From: Mesotaenium endlicherianum
Taxonomy: Eukaryota
Direction: 5' to 3'
NCBI GenBank assembly: GCA_009602735.1
Contig: WELA01002286.1
Span: forward strand, 1 to 49,082
Length of the DNA stretch: 49,082 nt
The stretch's first letter is position 1. Every line of letters begins with the position of its first letter. Below, one piece after another: positions 1-12,664 of the stretch. The translations under genes were made by a program, and so were the position numbers. The notes under the pieces were generated by a model, which saw only the letters and a program-made list of their open reading frames with translations, ran no database searches and had not been told where the DNA came from.

Positions 1-2547
1 CTAATGTCTCCATAAAATCTGTGGCTGCAGGTACTTCATCAAGGCCAGTCGTGAAGCTCAGTGGCGTGGTTGGATGGGAGCCATAGTTGCGGAAGAATTG
101 GGACTCTTGGGTAGAGGCTTGCGTCGTATTGGTATAGGCAAACTCCAGGGGGGTCAAGTACACGTTCCAGCGTAGACACGTAGGCCTTTAGAGAGGTCTT
201 TAGGGTACCATTTATACGCTCGATTTTCTCGTCTAATTGTGGGTGGTAGGCAGTGGACATATCAAGCGATGTACCCACGTTCTTGAAGAGAAATTTCCAA
301 AAATGGCGTGTGAATCTTGGATCTCTATCCGATAGAATTCTTGATGGTAGTCCATGGAATCGGAAGATGTTGTCAAAGATGAGTCTTTCGTGTGCTTTTC
401 GTAAAAGCAAGAGTCGGAGATCCAAGTCATTAGGAACAGATCTCTGGCCCGTGTCTTGCCTCACCCAATAATTGCCTTCTTGCTTCTTGTATGGGTCTAA
501 AGCTGCTTCTTCGTTCTTGTAGTAAGGGTCTCTTTCAGAGACGGCTGAAAATTGAGCTTCCTTTGATTTTGTAGTAAGGGTCTCTTTCATAGATGATTGA
601 AAATTGAGCTTCCAGATCTGTCTTCAGGGATGTCATCACTTTGTTTAATTGGGGTCTTGAGAGGGGGTCAACCGGGGTTTGTCTTGCCGGGCTGAAACTG
701 AATTGTGATGTTGTATTGTTGCAAGTATTTGCTCCATCTTGCTTGTCTCCTTGAGAGATGCGGCTGCGCCTGGAGGTGCTTTAACGCCACGTGGTTCGTA
801 GTGACCAGCACCTTGCGTCCTTCAACGTAGCAGCACCAAACGTTCAAGGCACGTATGATCGCCAATGCCTCTCGCTCCGTGGTTGTATAACTTTGCTCGG
901 TTTGATTTAGCTTCCTAGACTCGTAGAAAATGGGCTGCAGTCCCTTGCCGTGGTCTTGAAGCAGGATTGCTCTTATTGCGTAGAAAGAGGCATCGGTGAT
1001 GACGTGGAAGGTCTAATCTGGGTTTGGTCTTGGAAGTGTGAGCATCGGGGATGTCGTCAATCTTTGCTTTATTTGTTGAAATGCTTCCTCTCCTTTCTTG
1101 GTCCAAACATATGGCTTGTCTTTCTTGAGTAGATCCGTGAGTGGGGCTCCTACGTGCGAGAAGCTTTGGATGAATCTCCTATACTCCCTCTTTGACTCCT
1201 GTGCAAATATCTTGTTTTGTTTCATCACTTTGAGGACTTCTTTCAAGTGTCTTGCATGCTCTTCAAGAGTCTTACTATAGATAAGGATGTCGTGGATGAA
1301 TACCCCCACAAATTTGTCCAACATGCGCTGAAATATGGTGTTCATCATAGTCATGAAAGTCGCTGGCGCGTTGGTGAGTCCAAATGGCAGGACCATGAAC
1401 TCGAAATGTCCATAATTTGTCCTGTATGCCGTCTTCTCTATGTCAGGTTCAGCAATGCAAATCTGGTGGTGGCCGCTTCTCAAGTCCACCTTCGTGAAGT
1501 ACTTAGCTCCAACCAGCCAATCCATGAGCTCATCCATGCACGCCAGCGGATATCGATTCTTGATGGTGATCTTGAGGGCACGATAGTCCACACACATCCT
1601 CAAGGTACCATCCTTTCTCTTGACAAATAGCACCAGGGCTCCAAATGGCGACTTGCTAGGTCGAATGAAGCCGTGGTCCTGTAGCTCCTTGATTTGCTTC
1701 TTGACTTTGTCTAGCTCTATGTATGACATCTTAAACGTAGACCAAGAGATGGGCTTGCTTCCGGGCTCCAACTCTATCTTGTGGTCTACAAATGGCTTGG
1801 GGGGTAGGCCCGTGGGCAATTCCGGGAAGAGTACTTCTTTGTGGTCCTCCAAGACTTCTTGTATCTCCTTGGGAACTGGGCTGCCTTCTTGACTCTCAAT
1901 GTCGTTCTTGATGTCTTTTGGCGTGATTAAGGCCAAAAGAAGCTCATGTCATTTGCTCACAAGTCTCTTGAACAGGAGGGCGGACAGTAGTATCTCGTGT
2001 GCTTCTTGATGTCTTGGGTTTGGATATTCTGGATTGCGCGCAAAACACAGATTCTTGAATTAATGTTTTTCTTGATCTTGATGTTACCGTCCCTCCAATC
2101 AACTTGGGGGTTGTGCTTGGTCAACCAAGGCGTTCTTAGGATGACGTCGTACTCGCCCAATTGCATGGGGGAGAACACTACTTTATACTTGAAGGTCTTG
2201 ATAGGAGGTGTCAAAGGGTACGTGTTTTTAAAAGGGGTAGTATAAGAGGATCCATTGGGCGTCATAGTCTTTTCGTTGTGGCCAAGAGTTTGTATAGTAA
2301 TACCGTGCTTGGTGGCAAAATCCGCCGTGATGAAGTTGCCTTGAGCTCCGCTATCCACTAAGATGTGGACCTTCTCTCCTCTAAGGTAACCTGTTAAACT
2401 CGTTGGGGCTGGAACGTTGTCTTCAACGGGGGTCTTCACCTCACTTGGCTTGTTTTCTTCTCGTGAAGTGGGTCTTTGAGTGGTAGGCTCCTGGCCTAAC
2501 GGCGCTGTCCTTTTTTTGACAACTTTTTGGGGCATGAGAATGCACAA
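1..2547 (-). pseudogene. pol: Gypsy pol remnant (protease, RT, RNase H, integrase)
   Basis: Fragments [48 protein letters not shown] in several frames; internal deletions near 1190 and 390. Confidence 0.92.
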
Positions 2548-3716
2548 TGGCCCTTTTCCTTACAATAGAAGCATAGTCGAGTCGTCATGAGAGCTACTTT
2601 TTTAGCTGGAGAGTGTCTTTCTTTCACTCCTTGCTGGTTTTTTGTATTACAAGTGTCATTGGAGGGCCTTTCGCTCTTTCGGGCAACCGCGGGGACCCTT
2701 CAAATAACTCCAATTTCCATGGGTATGGGTTCAAATTCGGATGTGGAAGGGGCTCGTACACCCGCGTTGCCGGTGCCTGTGAAGATGAAGGCACGGAGTG
2801 CTTGATATCCAAGGTATCCACCTTTTGAGCCACTTCAATAATCTTTGGGAAGTCCGTCAAGTCGCGTATTTCCACTTCCTTTGCCACCTTGGGCTTGAGG
2901 CCAAAGATGTAGCGGTTAATCATCTCCTCAAAAGACATTCTGGAGATCTCAAGAGTGAGGGCGTCAAATCTTTATGTATACTCTTAAACGGACGTCGTTT
3001 GCTTGAGATGGTGGAGCTTTCCTCGGGCAATGTTCTCCGCATTGATGGGCATGAATTGCTTCTTGAGGGCCTCACAAAAATCTGCCCATCTTACATATGA
3101 TGGTGGGGACTCTTGGCCAAGCATGACGTGCACCACAGCTTGATATATAGCCGCTTGATAGTTACGCCACCATGATGTTGCTGCTCCTCTAAGTAAGGTA
3201 ACTGCAAAGGGAACGTAGTCCTCCTCGAGTACTTCAAGGAATGCGAGGTACGTCTCCACTTGGTAGAGCCATAAATTTCTGGTTGGCACCTCTTCCGGGG
3301 TTAAAAGTGTCGGGTTTGCCGGGCTTGGTGAGTTTCCTTACTCTCGTAGGCTCTTTTGGAGGCGCTTGAGCCGTGGCTGAGATTTGAGCGTTGTTCGCAA
3401 TAGGGGCAACCGTGGCAGCCATAGCTTCTCTTGACGCTTGCACGGTTGCTTCACAGGTGGCCAAGCCCACTTGGTTGGGAACGGTCATTAGGAAGGCTGC
3501 CCACTCATTTGCGGCAACTCCTTGTGGTGGGGTCAACTTTGCTTTTGCGGCTGCCACAAGATTTGACGGTGCTTCTCCCCGTGGTGCTTCTCCTTGTGGT
3601 GCTTCTTGTTGTTGCAGATTTGGTTGAGTGGGCGTTCCTGTCGGCGCTGGACGACGGTCTCTTGGAGATGAAGTGCTTCTTTCAAAAGCTTGCTGTTGGT
3701 CTTGAGGATCGGCCAT
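2496..3716 (-). pseudogene. gag: Gypsy gag remnant
   Basis: Fragments 3234-3716, 2984-3289 and 2624-2938 match element A gag (WLYQVETYL, LKKQFMP, FGLKPKVAKEV). Confidence 0.9.
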
Positions 3717-3740
3717 CTTCTTGTGCTACCAAAGTGCCTA

Positions 3741-3752
3741 GCTCCGATACGA
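3741..3752 (-). promoter_or_regulatory. Primer-binding site of copy C (mutated, TCGTATCGGAGC)
   Basis: 1 nt inside the 5' LTR; matches element A PBS except TGG>TCG. Confidence 0.8.
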
Positions 3753-3753
3753 C

Positions 3754-4248
3754 TGTAGTGAAACAGATAGAGAAAGTACTTAGTAAAATACAATACTTTA
3801 TTTATTCAGGAGAAGGATCTTTGAACACAAGTGATGCTTCTTGAAAGAGAGATGGCTTCTTGAAAGTTAGTATATTTTTGGAATTAGGCAAGAACAAGAA
3901 TGCTTTTGAAATGCCTTTCTATGTTTTAGCTCTTGTTTATGTACTTGCTACATGAGTAACTTTTAGGAAGGTGCATGTGTTGTGTTGGCACCCAGCACAT
4001 CCCAAAACTTGCCACCTCTTTTTAAAATAATTTGCATATATCGTTTTGACTTGAAAATGACACATTTCACTTTTGCCGCATGGAGTTCATTTAGGTTCTT
4101 ACTCTAACTTCAAATATGTCTTAGAAGGTTGAATGAACCAAGTCACTAGAGTATCTATTCACACATGAATCCGCACAATACTACTTTAAGTATACCCGAA
4201 AGCATTAAAACAAAAGCAAACTAATATATTTAAACTCAAATCACTACA
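3754..4248 (-). repeat. 5' LTR of family A copy C
   Basis: TGTAGTGA...TCACTACA termini; homologous to 7258-7760. Confidence 0.92.
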
Positions 4249-4410
4249 TTGTGAGTGCAACTCTCACGAGCACAAATTCTACTTTAGTTTCTATTTTGGC
4301 TTTCTTAAGGATTGTCTATATTCTCGAAGTTATCACTATTTCTTTTCCGCTATTATTAAATTATCCTTGGACACCAAGCAAAGATCCTCGTGAGAAGCAG
4401 AAACGTTACA
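4249..4410 (+). repeat. Probable 3' end of an unidentified LTR, into which copy C inserted
   Basis: AT-rich non-coding segment ending GTTACA, followed abruptly by Copia RNase H coding sequence. Confidence 0.4.
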
Positions 4411-4723
4411 GAAGACTATTGAAGGACCTGGGCTACAAGCAGGAGAAGCCCACAGTGATTTTGAATGATAGTTAGAGCTGCATTGCACTGGGCAAGAACC
4501 GAGTAGAGCACGCTAGGAGTAAGCATGTTAATTACATTGATATTCAATACCATGTGCAAGGAGTGTGTGCTGGATGGTATTCTAGAGTTGAAGTATGTAA
4601 GGACTGATATGATGGTGGTTGATTCCTTGATGGAGGCAGTTTCTAGGGTTAAACACCAATAGTGTGCTGAGATGTTTGATTTGAGAGAGTATGCAGCTAA
4701 ATAGACTAGCAGCTGAGAGGGAG
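4411..4723 (+). pseudogene. Ty1/Copia RNase H remnant plus PPT (GAGAGGGAG, 4715-4723)
   Basis: LLKDLGY..PTVILNDS*SCIALGKNRVEHARSKH..IDIQYH resembles Copia DNQSAI..NPVFHARTKHIDIRYH. Confidence 0.85.
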
Positions 4724-5227
4724 TGTTGTAAATAGGCACTTCTGACTCTATTCACTTTTGCCAATTTGGTTTGCTTGCCTGTGTATGTGTGTGCGTCAAC
4801 GTATAGAGTTGACTTGTATATTAGTCAAGTGGGTGGACCGCCACCATGTCGACGTTGTGTTAACTGTGTTGAAGTGTAGGACATTAAGAGATTATGTTTG
4901 GAGTGTCGATGAGTTTGAGGTAGGTAAGCAGCCGTCAAGTGAATATAGCTACTGTAGGAGAACACGTATGGTGACCTCTTGAGAGTAAGAAAAGAAGAGT
5001 ATCCGCGAAAAGAGTGTGTATGCAAGATCTATGCTAGGTGCATGATCTGCTCAGGTTTGTGTTGCCTTATCTGTGTGTCTGAAGGAAGCGTTTGTGTGAG
5101 TGCTAAGTCTGTGTGACTAAGAAGAAGTATGTGTGACTAGAGAAGAAGAGAAGAAGAGGTCTAAGTGGCTTGTTGAGTCGAAGTGACTAAATGCGACTAG
5201 AGAGATATATGAAGATGATTTCTAACA
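4724..5227 (+). repeat. Copia 3' LTR
   Basis: Follows PPT; TGTT...AACA termini; shares motifs with minus-strand LTR 14255-14745/20889-20985. Confidence 0.7.
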
Positions 5228-7257
5228 GAGTCCTTCACAAATTCCCTTTCAGTGCTGAGAACCACAGAGACCACCATGGAGAACATTGAATCGAAGCTGC
5301 TCATTGAGGAGTTTCAGTTGGAGACAAAGGAGAAGGCAATTATATTAACTGAACAGGCTATGCTCATGTTTGGAGACGGGAAGTTTCGTCTGATGGAGTA
5401 TCAACTTGTGGAGAAGATGGAAGAGCTAAGTGTTGCCAGCTCAAGTCAACAAGGAGAACAATGGGGTGATAAGAGGTCAGGATCCAACAGAGGAGGGCAT
5501 CAAGGAAGAGGAGGTAGAAGCAGAGAAGGCACGAGTGAGAGATAGTACTTCATATGTGAGAAGAGGGGCCACTTTGCATAGGGTTGTGAAGATGCAGTAT
5601 GTTTTCCCAATAACAAGGAAGAACATTTGGCCAAGAACTGCAGCCAGAGAGAAGAAGGTACTCCCCTTTGCAATGTTGAAGAATATGCCAACGCTATCAC
5701 TATAAAAGAGTCACCGGTGTGTATCGAGCAAGATGAGGATGCTTGGTTTGATGACTCTCGAGCTTCAAGACATGCCACTCACAAGATAGAGATTATTCTG
5801 AACTACAAGTCCTACGTCCTATACCCCTCTCAATTGGTGATGGAATGTTGCTGCAATGGGTTGGAACTGAAAAGTGGTGGTTATCACCCAGCTAAACATG
5901 GCAAGGCACGAGTTTACAAAGCAAGATGTGCTACATTCTAGGCTTGGTGAAGAATATGTTTTTAGTGCCAAAAATCACAGCCCTGGAAAACACAGTGGTG
6001 TACGAGCGAAGAGAATGTGGGGTCATAGATCCCCATGGCGATGTGGCAATGAAGGATGTGAAACCAAGTGTGCAAGGGAGCCTATTTAAGACTCGGTGCC
6101 AAACTGAGATTGCTCTATTTGTGAAGGACCAGGTGCTCTTAGTTGAAATTTGCGCTTGGTGCACAGGGAGGTGTGAAGATGAAAAATGACATCAACCTGT
6201 GGTACCAAAGACTGCGACACGTGAGTGAGCAGAGGTTGAAGCAAATGTCACAAGACAAAGAGAGAAGCTTGATTTCACAGGTCAAAGCTTGGAATTCTGC
6301 AGAGGGTCTCAGATGAAGAAGCAGGCAAGGAAGGCGTTCCCAAAGGAAGAAGCCTCAAGGACTACTGAGCTGCTGGAAGTGGTACACTTAGAGGTGTAGG
6401 GACTTGCAAGTGTAGCAGCCAGATCTTCAAGAATCTTGTACAACATCACCTTTACCGACGAGTACACCAGAAAGATTGAAGGGTATTTCATAAAGACCGA
6501 GGAATTAGGCATATGGTAGTTTCTGGAGTAGAAGGCATTTCTGGAGAAAGAGTTGGGAAAAAGGATCAAGACGCTGAGAATTGACAATGGGTCTAAGTAA
6601 GTCGACATCTAACAAGTTTCTCAGATATGAAACCATCAAGCATGAGCTGACCATCACTAACTCTTTATACCTGAATGGAGTTGCTCAGAGGAAGAACAGG
6701 ACGCTCTTTGAGGCTGCCAGAGCTACAAATTTCTCTTTTGGTTTATAGGCTAGTTTGTCAGCAGAGGTAGTGAGCACTACTGCCTGTGTGAGGGCCAAGT
6801 TGCTCTCAGCTATACTTGGTGGAAGGATTCTTAGAGAGGTGTGGAGTGGGAAGAAACTCTCCACAGAAGAGTTGAGAGTTTTTCGGACAGAGGTGTGGTT
6901 GCATATTACCTTACATACGAGGCACAAGTTGCAGTCCAAGTCAGAGAGATGTGTATGCGTAGGCTATGACACCAGCAGCAAAGGATACAGGCTGCTGAAG
7001 GCGACGACGAGAGAAGTGTGCGTGAGTAAAGACAAGGTCTTTAACGAGAAGGTGCTCGATTATGGCAGCGTGTGACTCTATGAGGAGTTTGCGTTAGAGT
7101 GAGAATAGCGGAGCCAAGTTGAGACCAGGTTTCAGGCTGCTGCTAGGGTAGTCTTGACTCTCTCTAGCAAGTGCTCAATTGCAGCAAGAAGTGTTGCAAC
7201 ATTGCTGAAGGTCAAGCATTGCCAGATGAGAAAATTGAACAGCAAGAGGAAGCTAGC
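5228..7257 (+). pseudogene. Ty1/Copia gag-protease-integrase remnant
   Basis: Zinc-knuckle HLAKNC, protease WFDDSRASRH, GAG-pre-integrase LWYQRLRH, integrase IKTLRIDNG / NGVAQRKNRTL, KSERCVCVGYD..SKGYRL; many stops and frameshifts; interrupted by element A. Confidence 0.88.
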
Positions 7258-7760
7258 TGTAGTGATTTGAGTTATTATATATTAGTTTGCATATATTTTA
7301 ATGTTTTCAAATATATTTGGAGTAGTAGTGTGTGGAGTCGAGTGTGAATAGGTACTCTAGTAACTTAGTTCATGTCCTTTGAACCTTCCAAGGCATTTTC
7401 GAAGTTAGAGGAAAGACCTAGAAGAACTCCATGTGGCAAAAGTCAAATGTGCCATTTTTAGGTCAAAAGGACATGTGTACATTATTCTAGAAAGAGGTGG
7501 CAAGTTTTGGGATGTGTTGGGTGCCAACACATCAACATACACTTTCCTAGAAATTACTTATGTAGCAAGTATATAAACAAGAGCTAGAACATAGAAAGAC
7601 ATTCCAGAATCACTCTTGTACTTGCCAAAATCCAGAAATATATTAACTTTCAAGAAGCCATCTCTCTTTCAAGAAGCTACCACTTGTGTTCAAAGATCCT
7701 TGTCTTGAATAGATAAAGTATTCTGTTTTACTAAGTACTTTATCTATCTGTTTCACTACA
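7258..7760 (+). repeat. 5' LTR element A
   Basis: TGTAGTGA...TCACTACA, direct repeat of 13434-13936. Confidence 0.97.
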
Positions 7761-7761
7761 G

Positions 7762-7773
7762 TGGTATCGGAGC
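7762..7773 (+). promoter_or_regulatory. PBS, initiator tRNA-Met type (TGGTATCGGAGC)
   Basis: 1 nt after LTR; 11/12 match to plant iMet PBS TGGTATCAGAGC. Confidence 0.9.
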
Positions 7774-7797
7774 TAGGCACTTTGGTAGCACAAGAAG

Positions 7798-9077
7798 ATG
7801 GCCGATCCTCAAGACCAACAGCAAGCTTTCGAAGGAAGCCCTTCCTCTCCAAGACACCCTCCTCCAGCGCCGATGGGAGAGCCCACTCAAGAAAATCTGC
7901 AACAACAAGAAGCACCACAAGGAGGAGCACACCCTCCTCCAGCGTCGATGGGAGAGCCTACTCAAGGAAATCTCCAACAACAAGAAGCACCACAAGGAGG
8001 AGCACCGTCAAATCCCGTGGCAGCCGCTATAGCAAAGTTGACCCCACCACAAGGAGTTCCCGCAAATGAGTGGGCAGCCTTCCTAATGACCGTCCACAAC
8101 CAAGTGGGCTTGGCCACCTATGAAGCAACCGTGCAAGCGTCAAGAGAAGCTATGGCTGCCATGGTTGCCCCTATTGCGAGCAATGCTCAAAATCCAGCCC
8201 CGGCTCAAGCGCCTCCACAAGAGCCAACGAGAGCAAGGAAACTCATCAAGCCCGGCAAAGTCGACACTTTCAACCCCGGGAAAGGTGCCAACCTGAACTT
8301 ATGGCTCTACCAAGTGGAGACGTACCTCGCATTCCTTGAAGTACTCGAGGGAACTACGTTCCCTTTGCAGTTACCTTACTTAGAGGAGCAGCAACATCAT
8401 GGTGGCGTAACTATCAAGCGGCTATATATCAAGCTATGGCACACCCCATGCTCGGCCAAGAGCCCCCACCATCATATGCAAGATGGGCAGATTTTCGTGA
8501 GGCCCTCAAGAAGCAATTCATGCCCATCAATGCGGAGAAGATTGCCCGAGGAAAGCTCCACCATCTCAAGCAAACGACGTCCGTTCAAGAGTATACATCC
8601 AGATTTCACGCCCTCACTCTTGAGATCCCCAACATGTCTCTCGAGGAGAAGATTGACCGTTACATCTTTGGCCTCAAACCCAAGGTGGCAAAGGAAGTGC
8701 AGTTACGCGACTTCACGGACTTCTCAAAGATCATTGAAGTGGCCCAGAAGGTGGATACCTTGGATTTCAAGCACTCCGTGCCTCCATCTTCACGGGTACC
8801 GGCGACGCGGGTGTACGCAGCCCCTTCCACATCCAAATCTGGACGCACACCCATGGAAATCGGAGTTATTAAAAGGGACCCCGCGGCTGCCCGGAAGAGT
8901 GGAAGACCCTCCAATGACACTTATGATGCAAGAAACCAGCAAGGAGTGAAAGCAAGACTCTCCCCGGCTGAAAAAGAAGCTCTCATGACGGCTGGACTAT
9001 GCTTTTATTGCAAGGAAAAGGGCCATCGTGCACTTTCATGCCCCAAAAAGTTGTCAAAAAACGGACAGCGCCGGTAG
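7798..9077 (+). pseudogene. gag: gag of element A, broken by a 1-nt deletion near 8350
   Basis: ORFs 7798-8949 and 8436-9077 join; copy C reads CTCGAGGAGGACTAC where A reads CTCGAGGGAACTAC; C-terminal [14 protein letters not shown] knuckle. Confidence 0.9.
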
Positions 9078-12000
9078 GCCAGGAGCCTACCACCCCAAGA
9101 CCCACTTCACGAGAAGGCAACACGCCAAGTGAGGTGGAGACCCCCGTTGAAGACGACGTTCCAGCCCCAATGAGTTTGAGAGGTTACCTTGGAGGAGAGA
9201 AGGTCCACATCTTGGTGGATAGCGGAGCTCAAGGCAACTTCATTGCTGCAGATTTTGCCACCAAGCACGGTATTACTATGCGAACTCTTGACCACGACGA
9301 GGAGATTATGATGCCCGATGGATTCTCCTATACTACCCCTTCCAAGAAGACGTACCCCTTGGCACTCTCTATCAAGTCCTTCAAGGATAGAGTAGTGTTC
9401 TCCCCCATGCAATTGGGCAAGTACGACGTCATCCTAGGGACGCCTTGGTTGACCAAGCACAACCCCCAAGTTGATTGGAGGACCGGTACTATCAAGATCA
9501 AGAATGACATCACTTCAAGAATCTGTATTTTGCGCGCAATCCAGAATATCCAGACCCAAGACATCCAGAAGCCGGCACACGAGATACTATTGTCCGCCCT
9601 CCAACTCAAGAGACTTGTGAGGAAGGGACACGAGCTTCTTTTGGCCTTGATCACGCCAAAAGACATCAAGAAAGACATCGAGAGTCAAGAAGGCAGCCCC
9701 GTTCCCAAGGAGATACAAGAAGTCTTAGAGGACTACAAAGAAGTGTTCTCCCCGGAATTGCCCAAGGGCCTACCCCCCAAAAGATTCGTAGACCACAAGA
9801 TAGAGTTGGAGCCCGGAAGCAAGCCCATCTCTCGGCCTACGTTCAAAATGTCATACACGGAGCTAGACGAAGTCAAGAAGCAAATCAAGGAGCTACTGGA
9901 GCATGGCTTCATTCGACCTAGCAAGTCGCCATTTGGAGCCCCGGTGCTATTTGTCAAGAAGAAAGATGGTACCTTGAGGATGTGTGTGGACTATCGCGCC
10001 CTCAACAAGATCACCATCAAGAATCGATACCCGCTGCCGCGCATGGATGAGCTCATGGACCGGCTGGTTGGAGCCAAGTACTTCACGAAGATTGACTTAC
10101 GGAGCGGCTACCACCAGATTCGCATCGCAGAACCGGACATAGAGAAGACGGCATTCAGGACAAGATATGGACATTTTGAGTTCATGGTCCTGCCATTTGG
10201 ACTCACCAACGCGCCAGCAACTTTCATGACTATGATGAACACCATATTTCAGCCCATGTTGGACAGATTTGTGGTGGTATTCATCGATGACATCCTTATC
10301 TACAGCAAGACCCTTGAAGAGCATGCGAGACACTTGAAAGAAGTCCTTGAAGTATTGAAGCAAAACAAGCTATTTGCGAAGGAGTCAAAGTGCGAGTTTG
10401 CCAAACAAGAAGTGGAGTTCCTAGGTCTCCACGTGACTGCTGATGGCATCAAGATGGACCCCAAGAAGACCACGGTGGTGGAGGAATGGCCAACCCCCAC
10501 GACCAAGAAAGAACTCCAGTCATTCTTGGGATTTGCCAATTGGTACAGAAAATTCATCCAAGGCTTCTCGCACATAGCAGCCCCCCTGACAGATCTACTC
10601 AAGAAGGACAGGCTATATACATGGACCGAGAAAGAGGAAGAGGCATTTCAAGAGTTAAAGCGAAGATTGACCACATCCCCGGTGCTCACACTCCCAAGTC
10701 CAAACCCAGATTGGCCCTTCCACGTCATCACCGATGCATCTTCCTATGCAATAGGAGCAATCCTGCTTCAAGACCAAGGCAAGGGACTGCAGCCCATCGC
10801 CTACGAGTCAAGGAAGCTAAATCCAGCCGAGCAAAATTATACAACCACGGAGCGAGAGGCATTGGCGATTGTACATGCCTTGAAGGTTTGGCGCTGCTAC
10901 GTTGAAGGACGCAAAGTACTGGTCACCACGGACCACGAGGCGTTAAAGCACCTCCAAACGCAGCCGTATCTCTCAAGGAGACAAGCAAGATGGAGCGGAT
11001 ACTTGCAACAATACAACATCACGATTCAGTACCAGCCCGGCAAGACAAACCCGGCTGACCCCCTCTCAAGACTGCAATTAAATGCAGTGATGGTATCCCT
11101 GAAGACAGATCTGGAAGCTCGATTTTCAGCCGCCTATGAAAGAGACCCTTACTACAAGAACGGAGAAGCAGCCTTGGACCCATGCAAGAAGCAAGAAGGC
11201 AATTATTGGGTGAGGCAAGATACGGGCCAGAGATGTGTTCCTAATGACATAGACCTCCGGCTCTTGCTTCTACGAGAAGCACACGACAACCCTCTTGGAG
11301 GACACTTTGGAATCCTAAGGACCACGGGCGTTCTAGCTAGGACTTATTGTTGGCCAGGCATGTCTAAGCAAGTCAAGGAGTACTGCAGGAGCTGTGACAC
11401 ATGCCAAAGAATCAAGCCATCATCGCAAAAGGCGGGAGGACTCCTCCAACCACTACCAATCCCCGAAAGACAATGGACGGACATCTCAATGGACCTTATC
11501 GTGGACTTGCCCGTGACACCTCGAGGCCATAATGCAATACTCACGGTGGTGGACAGACTTACCAAGATGGCTCATTTTATTCCCACGACGACTAAGGCTA
11601 CAGCACCACAACTTGCAAGACTCATCTTTGACAACATCTTCCGACTCCATGGACTACCATCAAGAATTGTGTCAGATAGAGATCCAAGATTCACAAGCCA
11701 TTTCTGGAAAAATCTCTTCAAGAACTTGGGTACATCGCTGGATATGTCTACTGCCTACCACCCACAATCAGATGGGCAAACCGAGCGTATGAATCGTACC
11801 CTAAAGACCTCTCTAAAGGCCTACGTGTCTACCCTCGAGCAAGACTGGGACATGTACTTGACCCCCCTCGAGTTTGCCTACAACAACACTACGCAGGCCT
11901 CTACCCAAGAGTCCCCATTCTTCCTCAACTATGGCTTCCATCCGACCACGCCCCTGAGCTTCACGACTGGCCTTGATGAAGTACCTGCAGCCACAAATTT

Positions 12001-12664
12001 TATGGAGACATTAGAAGCAGCCCTTACAGCAGCGAAGAAAGCTCTACAACACGCGCAAGATGCTCAAGCAAGAGTGGCGAACAGATCCAGAAGAGAAATT
12101 ACGTACAGAGTGGGTGACAACGTGTTACTATCATCCAAGAACATTTCCCTAAACAACAGGCCTGCCGGTAGCAAGTTCTCTCCCAAGTATTTGGGACCCT
12201 TCAAGATTATCCAGCAAGTCAACCCCGTTGCTTTCAAGCTAGAACTTCCCCAGACTATGCACATCGACCCCGTATTCCACGCTTCCCTCTTCAAGCCATA
12301 TGTGCAACCCGACAACAAGTTCCCAGGACGTGTGACAACCCCACCAGCCCCAACAATAGTGGATGATCATTTGGAGTACGAAGTGGAAGACATAGTGGCT
12401 ATGAGAAATTTCAGGAGACAGCAGCAATACTTGATCAAGTGGAAAGGATATCCAGATTCGGAGAATAGTTGGGTGGCGGCGCACTACCTTGACAAAGTTC
12501 AGAGAAAGTTGAAGCGCTTCCATGCCGCCAACCCCCATCTTGGACCAGCCCCAAGTCTCTCTACTAGAAGCCCGAAGACTTCAGGGAGGCAGCCTGCCAC
12601 CATCAAGAAGCAGCAGAAGACCCCTTGGAGGCAGCCTGCAAGAACAAGAAAGAGGAAAAATTGA
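8999..12664 (+). CDS. pol: Pol polyprotein (PR-RT-RNase H-INT-chromodomain), entered by probable -1 frameshift near 9056
   Basis: 1221-aa open frame: [23 protein letters not shown] integrase, GPF motif, [18 protein letters not shown] chromodomain. Confidence 0.96.
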   Translation: MLLLQGKGPSCTFMPQKVVKKRTAPVGQEPTTPRPTSREGNTPSEVETPVEDDVPAPMSLRGYLGGEKVHILVDSGAQGNFIAADFATKHGITMRTLDHDEEIMMPDGFSYTTPSKKTYPLALSIKSFKDRVVFSPMQLGKYDVILGTPWLTKHNPQVDWRTGTIKIKNDITSRICILRAIQNIQTQDIQKPAHEILLSALQLKRLVRKGHELLLALITPKDIKKDIESQEGSPVPKEIQEVLEDYKEVFSPELPKGLPPKRFVDHKIELEPGSKPISRPTFKMSYTELDEVKKQIKELLEHGFIRPSKSPFGAPVLFVKKKDGTLRMCVDYRALNKITIKNRYPLPRMDELMDRLVGAKYFTKIDLRSGYHQIRIAEPDIEKTAFRTRYGHFEFMVLPFGLTNAPATFMTMMNTIFQPMLDRFVVVFIDDILIYSKTLEEHARHLKEVLEVLKQNKLFAKESKCEFAKQEVEFLGLHVTADGIKMDPKKTTVVEEWPTPTTKKELQSFLGFANWYRKFIQGFSHIAAPLTDLLKKDRLYTWTEKEEEAFQELKRRLTTSPVLTLPSPNPDWPFHVITDASSYAIGAILLQDQGKGLQPIAYESRKLNPAEQNYTTTEREALAIVHALKVWRCYVEGRKVLVTTDHEALKHLQTQPYLSRRQARWSGYLQQYNITIQYQPGKTNPADPLSRLQLNAVMVSLKTDLEARFSAAYERDPYYKNGEAALDPCKKQEGNYWVRQDTGQRCVPNDIDLRLLLLREAHDNPLGGHFGILRTTGVLARTYCWPGMSKQVKEYCRSCDTCQRIKPSSQKAGGLLQPLPIPERQWTDISMDLIVDLPVTPRGHNAILTVVDRLTKMAHFIPTTTKATAPQLARLIFDNIFRLHGLPSRIVSDRDPRFTSHFWKNLFKNLGTSLDMSTAYHPQSDGQTERMNRTLKTSLKAYVSTLEQDWDMYLTPLEFAYNNTTQASTQESPFFLNYGFHPTTPLSFTTGLDEVPAATNFMETLEAALTAAKKALQHAQDAQARVANRSRREITYRVGDNVLLSSKNISLNNRPAGSKFSPKYLGPFKIIQQVNPVAFKLELPQTMHIDPVFHASLFKPYVQPDNKFPGRVTTPPAPTIVDDHLEYEVEDIVAMRNFRRQQQYLIKWKGYPDSENSWVAAHYLDKVQRKLKRFHAANPHLGPAPSLSTRSPKTSGRQPATIKKQQKTPWRQPARTRKRKN

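Larger units (their letters stand above)
1..4248 (-). mobile_element. Decayed Ty3/Gypsy chromovirus, family A (copy C); 3' part runs off the window
   Basis: Reverse complement aligns with element A 7258-12014: LTR, PBS, gag, PR-RT-RH-INT, with many frameshifts and deletions. Confidence 0.93.

Noticed and set aside
4411..7257. One intact Copia element with 4724-5227 as its 5' LTR
   Set aside because: The LTR is preceded by RNase H and a PPT and followed by mid-gag sequence with no PBS, so these are rearranged fragments
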